A stretch of 63,605 bases of DNA, counting the filler, from Octopus bimaculoides (lineage: Eukaryota): NCBI RefSeq assembly GCF_001194135.2. It is 5 parts of 5 records of this genome, joined end to end, with 100 filler letters (N's around TTAATTAATTAA, not from the genome) between each part and the next. Parts side by side here need not be neighbours in the genome. Positions count along the whole stretch, not along the records: positions 62,338 to 63,605 come from NW_026311179.1; 4 more parts are not named here. One strand, given 5' to 3'. The notes beneath the pieces are model-generated. The model did not search any database and was not told where the DNA came from. It saw only the letters and a list, made by a program, of their open reading frames with translations. Both the position numbers and the translations under genes were made by a program. Positions within the stretch are counted from its first letter, which is position 1; every line of letters starts with the position of its first letter. Below are positions 62,338 to 63,605 of this stretch, one piece after another.

Positions 62338-63309
62338 TGTATGTATACATATAGATGTAGGTATGTACATATATGTATGGATATACGAATATATTTATAT
62401 ACTTATTTATATATATATTTATATATTTATATGAATATATGTATATATTATTTATATTATATATATATATGTATGTATGTATTTATGTATATATACATAT
62501 ATATATATATATGTGCATGTATGTATGTGTGTATGTATGTATACACATGCCTACATAATATACACACACGCATATATATATGATGGAGCAACACAAAATA
62601 TGAGAACGAGGTGCCATAACTATGCAGTTGGAAGCCATTATAAACTAATAGGAAGAGATTGAGTTTAAAAGAAAATATACAATTCATTACGAGGCAGAGT
62701 TGTGGCTGATGTCATCCAGAGGAGCGACGTTAACATAAATGAACTAGGCTGTTCAAGAGGTGACAAGTCGAGAGCTGATATAGCACAAAGTTGGGCGTGG
62801 AAAATCAAAAACTGATTCATGTTCAAAGAAGAAATGTTGCTGCTGTGCCGTCTTTTCGCTAACTGCTTAAACTCCCACTTCTCTCCTTGGTCAGCGAACT
62901 GCCTTTTGTAGTCCTACGCATCCAGTCCTGATTGACTGGAGTATGCCATAATACAACTCTCCTATACCTCGGCAAACCAAATAGCTTTCCTGACTCACTA
63001 CAAACCCCTTGTGTTACTGGGTGATGAGACCTACAGTAATGCAGAAAGGGTTCTGTGTCTGTGATATCAATAAGTTTACTATCTCTTATACGAACTGTGG
63101 AAAGTTTACAGTTCAATTAACTAGCGGCTAGATTAATCATTATCGTTTTTGTTTTGTTTTGCGTTTCGTTTTTTCCTTTTTTAGAGATAAATTAACTTTC
63201 TACAAAATATGTAAAGAAAAGATGACCGACATTATATCAAATTTAGAAAAACGATATACTTAAAAGGAATACGTACATAGACACACATGCATACATTTCT
63301 ATGTCATTT

Positions 63310-63550
63310 TTATGTATATATGTATTGGCTTCAAATTTTGGCATAATACCAGCGACATCAAGGGAGGGGGTGTTTGACCCGCACCACCGGTTGACAACCG
63401 TTGTTGGTGTGTTTACGTGCCCGTAACTAAGCGGTTCGGTAAAAGAGACCGATAGTATGAGCACCAGGTTCAAAAAGATAATAATTACTGGGGTTGATTC
63501 GTTCGACTAAAATTGTTGAAGGCGGTGCCCTAGCATGAGGCAAGCAAAAG
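63310..63550. mobile_element. SINE B tail fragment (minus) abutting SINE C 3' half (plus)
   Basis: TTCAAATTTTGGC..., then GTTGACAACCG...GCGGTTCGGTAAAAGAGACCGATAG...AAGGCGGTGCCCTAGCATG. Confidence 0.75.
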
Positions 63551-63605
63551 ATATATATATATATATATATATGTATGTATATATATATGTATGTATATAT
63601 ATATA

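Overview
AT-rich, intron-like or intergenic eukaryotic DNA from a fragmented draft assembly. The repeat families and very dense TA/TG/TATG/AAT microsatellites suggest an octopus genome (inference from recalled repeat content, not a database match). Many N-gaps sit at microsatellites. Four identical 100-bp spacers (44 N + TTAATTAATTAA + 44 N) split the window into five joined scaffolds, so order and orientation across them are unproven. Most identifiable sequence is transposon debris: tRNA-derived SINEs (at least three families with shuffled modules), a Helitron, Tc1/mariner fragments (Tc1, mariner, DD37D, DD41D), Penelope-like fragments, RTE LINEs and RLE-type (R4/Dong-like) LINEs. An unclassified ~540-bp element sits in triplet microsatellites. 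No complete gene, true tRNA/rRNA or CRISPR array is present, and nearly all long ORFs in the track are microsatellite or N artefacts. I found short candidate host exons by eye; the best are 19096-19209 and an EF-hand-like exon at 32761-32851. I cannot support a clearly new biological system. The best leads are a near-complete type I hammerhead ribozyme fold at 7716-7801, a Helitron/Tc1/Penelope patchwork that may reflect capture, the (TAA)n-associated element, SINE dimers with a fixed junction, and the candidate EF-hand gene.
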